Assembly (NCBI GenBank): GCA_964371255.1
Contig: CAYJKV010000003.1
Span: 8,458 to 72,457, forward strand
Source: an uncultured Candidatus Saccharibacteria bacterium
GTDB lineage: Bacteria; Patescibacteriota; Andersenbacteria; UBA10190
DNA length: 64,000 bases
Direction of reading: 5' to 3'
Shown: positions 61,211 to 64,000 of the stretch, in pieces
Numbering within the stretch: the stretch's first letter is position 1
How the letters are laid out: each line of letters begins with the position of its first letter
The notes under the pieces: model-generated
The model's input: the letters and a program-made list of their open reading frames with translations, nothing else
Told to the model about the DNA's origin: nothing
The model's database searches: none
Made by a program: the position numbers and the translations under genes

Positions 61211-61338
61211 TTGGCTATCCACGGGTGATAAACCAGATAAGCACTTGCCAAATCAACTCTTCTGTCTTACTTTATCATGTTAGCCTCTTGCCAGAACTAT
61301 TTACCTGATTAACTTACTTATTTACTAATTCACTTAAA

Positions 61339-61758
61339 ATGCCTGAAATACTTACCAAGTTTAAAATCCAAGCTCCCGGCGGCAAGGCGACACCTGCCCC
61401 GCCAATCGGTCCTGTGCTGGGTCAGCACGGTGTGAACATTCAAGACTTCGTCAATCGTTTTAATGAGATGACCAAAGAAATGATGGGTGATGTCATCCCG
61501 GCTGAAGTCACTGTTTATGCTGATCGGTCTTTTTCGTTAGTCCTTAAAACTCCTCCTGCCGCTGAATTATTAAAGAAAGCCGCCGGTATTCCCAAGGGCT
61601 CGGGTACCCCCAATACGGCCAAAGTCGGTACCGTCACTCAAGAGCAGGTCAGAGAAATTGCTGAGCGTAAATTGGCGGACTTATCCGCCCGGGATATTGA
61701 TGCGGCCATCAAAATTATTGCCGGTACCGCTCGCTCCATGGGCATTACTATTAAGTAA
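61339..61758 (+). CDS. rplK: 50S ribosomal protein L11
   Basis: [28 protein letters not shown], the L11 N-terminal signature. Confidence 0.9.
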   Translation: MPEILTKFKIQAPGGKATPAPPIGPVLGQHGVNIQDFVNRFNEMTKEMMGDVIPAEVTVYADRSFSLVLKTPPAAELLKKAAGIPKGSGTPNTAKVGTVTQEQVREIAERKLADLSARDIDAAIKIIAGTARSMGITIK

Positions 61759-61826
61759 ACTGGTCCATCTTTTAAACCTCGCCCTGTCCGTTACCACTTA
61801 ATTTACTTGTTAACCAATTATCAGCT

Positions 61827-62504
61827 ATGCGATCAAAATCATTTGATAAAATGAAAAAGGCTATACCGTCTCAACCCATCTCCATCGATGAGGCTGTCGC
61901 CTGGTTGAAAGCCAATGTGAAGACTAAGTTTGATTCCACAGTCGAAGTGCATATTAGGCTGGGTGTAGATGCTCAAAAATCCGAACAAATGGTCCGCGGG
62001 CAAGTAGTTCTGCCAGCCGGGGCGGTTACTAAACCGGCGATTGTGGTCTTCACCGACGATGCTGCTGCGCAGAAGGAAGCCATGGCGGGCGGGGCCGAAG
62101 CCGCCGGCGGTGTCGAGCTTATTGAGCAGATTAAAAAAGACGGATCACTCAGGGCGGACATAACGATCGCCACACCATCCATGATGCCCAAAGTAGCCCA
62201 GATAGCTAAAATCCTGGGGCCCCAGGGACTCATGCCCAACCCCAAAACAGGCACCGTAACCGATCAGCCTGCCGCCGTGATCAGTGAATTACTTGCCGGT
62301 AAAATTTCTTTTAAGATGGATCAGCTAGGCAACTTGCATCAAGCCGTCGGTAAAATAAGTTGGGACGAAGAAAAAATTACCCTTAACACCAAGACTTTCT
62401 TGGACGCGGTGAAAGCGGCTAAACCATCTGCCTCACGAGGCGAGTTCTTAAAGTCGGTTTTTCTCAAGAGCACAATGAGCCCCAGTCTCCCGCTGAACGT
62501 ATAG
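61827..62504 (+). CDS. rplA: 50S ribosomal protein L1
   Basis: Conserved L1 pattern (FDSTVEVHIRLGVD...) downstream of rplK. Confidence 0.9.
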   Translation: MRSKSFDKMKKAIPSQPISIDEAVAWLKANVKTKFDSTVEVHIRLGVDAQKSEQMVRGQVVLPAGAVTKPAIVVFTDDAAAQKEAMAGGAEAAGGVELIEQIKKDGSLRADITIATPSMMPKVAQIAKILGPQGLMPNPKTGTVTDQPAAVISELLAGKISFKMDQLGNLHQAVGKISWDEEKITLNTKTFLDAVKAAKPSASRGEFLKSVFLKSTMSPSLPLNV

Positions 62505-62689
62505 GGCACACCCTCGGTCCAGCCACCCCCCCCAACACTAATGTTAAAATCAAAATTTCCCTTCAGGCATTCCTTTGGGACCATTCAATGCCAAATCTTA
62601 ATACCTAAATCCACGGATCAGCTATATTTATTCTACATCAGGCTCTTGGCATTTATTTAACATTGTAATTTGGAATTTTGGATTTTTTT

Positions 62690-63391
62690 ATGCCAGGCAC
62701 ACTAATCTCATTTGATGGCATTGACTCTTCAGGCAAAGAGACTCAAGCCAAACTACTGTTGGATAAAATTAAGGCGGCGGGCCATTTAGTCGGCTTCTTT
62801 CAAACGCCAGACTATCAAACAGCCTCCGGCATGAAACTAAAGCGCTTGTTCCAGGGCGTTGATGGCTCATGGGATAATCTGGCCTGGCCGAAGAAGATGC
62901 GGTTGATCGCAGCCAACCGCGCTGAGCATAAAAACGAAGTCGTGCAGCTCTTACAGCAAAACGGCGTGGTTATCTATGACCGATACGTGCCCAGCAGTAT
63001 TACTCATATGACGGCTGATGCTTTACCAAATGAAGCAACGCATTCTGATCGACAGACTATTCGCACACTAGTCGAGGAACATGAATACAAAGAGCAACAG
63101 ATGCCTCGCGAGGATTTGTCGATCTTCTTGGATCTTTCACCCGCCCAGGCGGCTGCCTTATTGCATGTCAGAAAACAGCAGTTAGGTGAGCCGGATGAAG
63201 CCACTGATCAGATTGAATTGCAGTCTAGAATTTACCAGGAGTATCAAATATTTGTCAAAGAAAATCCTGACCGCTGTATCAAAATTAATTGTGTCAGTCG
63301 CGGGCAGTTGTTGGCGATTAGTACCATTGCTGACCGAGTCTGGCAAACCGTCAGCCAACGGTTTCCTCATCTATTGCGCGGTGATAAATAG
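62690..63391 (+). CDS. thymidylate-kinase-fold protein with degenerate P-loop (paralog 1)
   Basis: ISFDGIDSSGKETQ replaces the canonical FEGxDGSGKST motif, and DRYVPSSITHM replaces DRYxxSxxAYQ. ATG 62690 is taken as the start and the track used TTG 62678. Confidence 0.55.
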   Translation: MPGTLISFDGIDSSGKETQAKLLLDKIKAAGHLVGFFQTPDYQTASGMKLKRLFQGVDGSWDNLAWPKKMRLIAANRAEHKNEVVQLLQQNGVVIYDRYVPSSITHMTADALPNEATHSDRQTIRTLVEEHEYKEQQMPREDLSIFLDLSPAQAAALLHVRKQQLGEPDEATDQIELQSRIYQEYQIFVKENPDRCIKINCVSRGQLLAISTIADRVWQTVSQRFPHLLRGDK

Positions 63392-63417
63392 AGATTTATT
63401 TTAAATCTATAACTTCT

Positions 63418-64000
63418 ATGTCGAAATTCTTCGTTATTGAAGCCCTCGACGCGGGTGGCAGCCAAACACAAACAGACCGTCTGGCTGAACACTTTACACA
63501 ATCTCATTATCAGGTTTTGCAGCTGCATTTTCCTCAAGAGGACCAGCCCACTGGCCGATTCGTGTATGAAAAATTTTTGTTATCGCATAACCAGCCAAAA
63601 TTCACGCGTCGCGAACAAGCGCTCATCTATATTCAAGATTTCTACTCGCAAGCAGACGCCATCCAGACGCACTTATCTCGATCAAACAAGTCCATTGTTG
63701 TCTCCGACCGCTTTTATACCAGCACACTCGCGTACCAATCCATCGGGCTCACCGGCCGCCAGCGGTTAGCCATGCTGTCCTGGATTAAGTTCCTCGCGGA
63801 GCAGGGGACGCATCCTTTACCGCGTCCCGACATGGTAATATTCTTAGATACGCCGGTCAGTATTTCTCTCCATCATCTTAAGGACAAAACTAAAGACTTC
63901 TTCGAGAACAAGCAAAAATTGGTCGCGATTCGTAACAGCTACCTGCGTCAGGCCAGATCAGAACAATGGTTAGTCGTTAACAGTGTGAACGAGCAGGGGG
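63418..64000 (+). CDS. tmk: thymidylate kinase (paralog 2, 3'-truncated by window end)
   Basis: The frame is open from ATG 63418 to the window end. P-loop-like FVIEALDAGGSQTQ and DRFYTSTLAYQ (DRY..S..AYQ motif). Confidence 0.6.
   Translation, partial: MSKFFVIEALDAGGSQTQTDRLAEHFTQSHYQVLQLHFPQEDQPTGRFVYEKFLLSHNQPKFTRREQALIYIQDFYSQADAIQTHLSRSNKSIVVSDRFYTSTLAYQSIGLTGRQRLAMLSWIKFLAEQGTHPLPRPDMVIFLDTPVSISLHHLKDKTKDFFENKQKLVAIRNSYLRQARSEQWLVVNSVNEQG

Overview
This 64-kb window comes from a compact bacterial genome with roughly 40-55% GC that varies by gene. It has weak Shine-Dalgarno usage and many TTG/GTG starts. The right half is conserved core: a type IV pilus operon, ligA, gatCA, gpmI, pheST, gyrB, secE-nusG-rplK-rplA, two tandem tmk-like genes and two tRNAs. 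The left half is accessory-like. It holds a CYTH protein, rfbB, a nitroreductase-fold protein, an aminotransferase, a ThiF/E1-like protein, NUDIX hydrolases and a phenylacetate-CoA-ligase-like adenylating enzyme. It also holds three secreted proteins that share DUF4214-like motifs. One of these is a 922-aa compositional mosaic. A sensor kinase, a VanW gene and a divergent Ddl complete this half. The candidate for a new system is a 2.7-kb cassette at 8.3-11.4 kb. It comprises a small precursor-like peptide ending in Cys-Cys with an attenuator hairpin, an RRE-radical-SAM-SPASM enzyme and a class I methyltransferase. Two ~196-bp direct repeats bracket the cassette. The downstream repeat is the intact 5' end of the adenylating-enzyme gene and the upstream repeat is a frameshifted, start-less copy of it. 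A tRNA-dense segment at 27.4-32.7 kb carries an ImmA/IrrE-XRE switch with a divergent promoter and operator. Beside it lie a GIY-YIG nuclease and DinD. An 18-bp duplication of the tRNA-Ser 3' end is followed by an AT-rich gene with an Rx5H (HEPN-like) motif. Several dispersed repeat families are visible. These are GC-rich palindromes near CYTH, an A-rich GCGTAAAA inverted-repeat family that also encodes a Lys-rich GatA C-terminal tail, GGATTT tandem motifs just upstream of start codons, and a TTGTCAATAAC..TTGACAA palindrome at strong promoters. No CRISPR array or rRNA was found.
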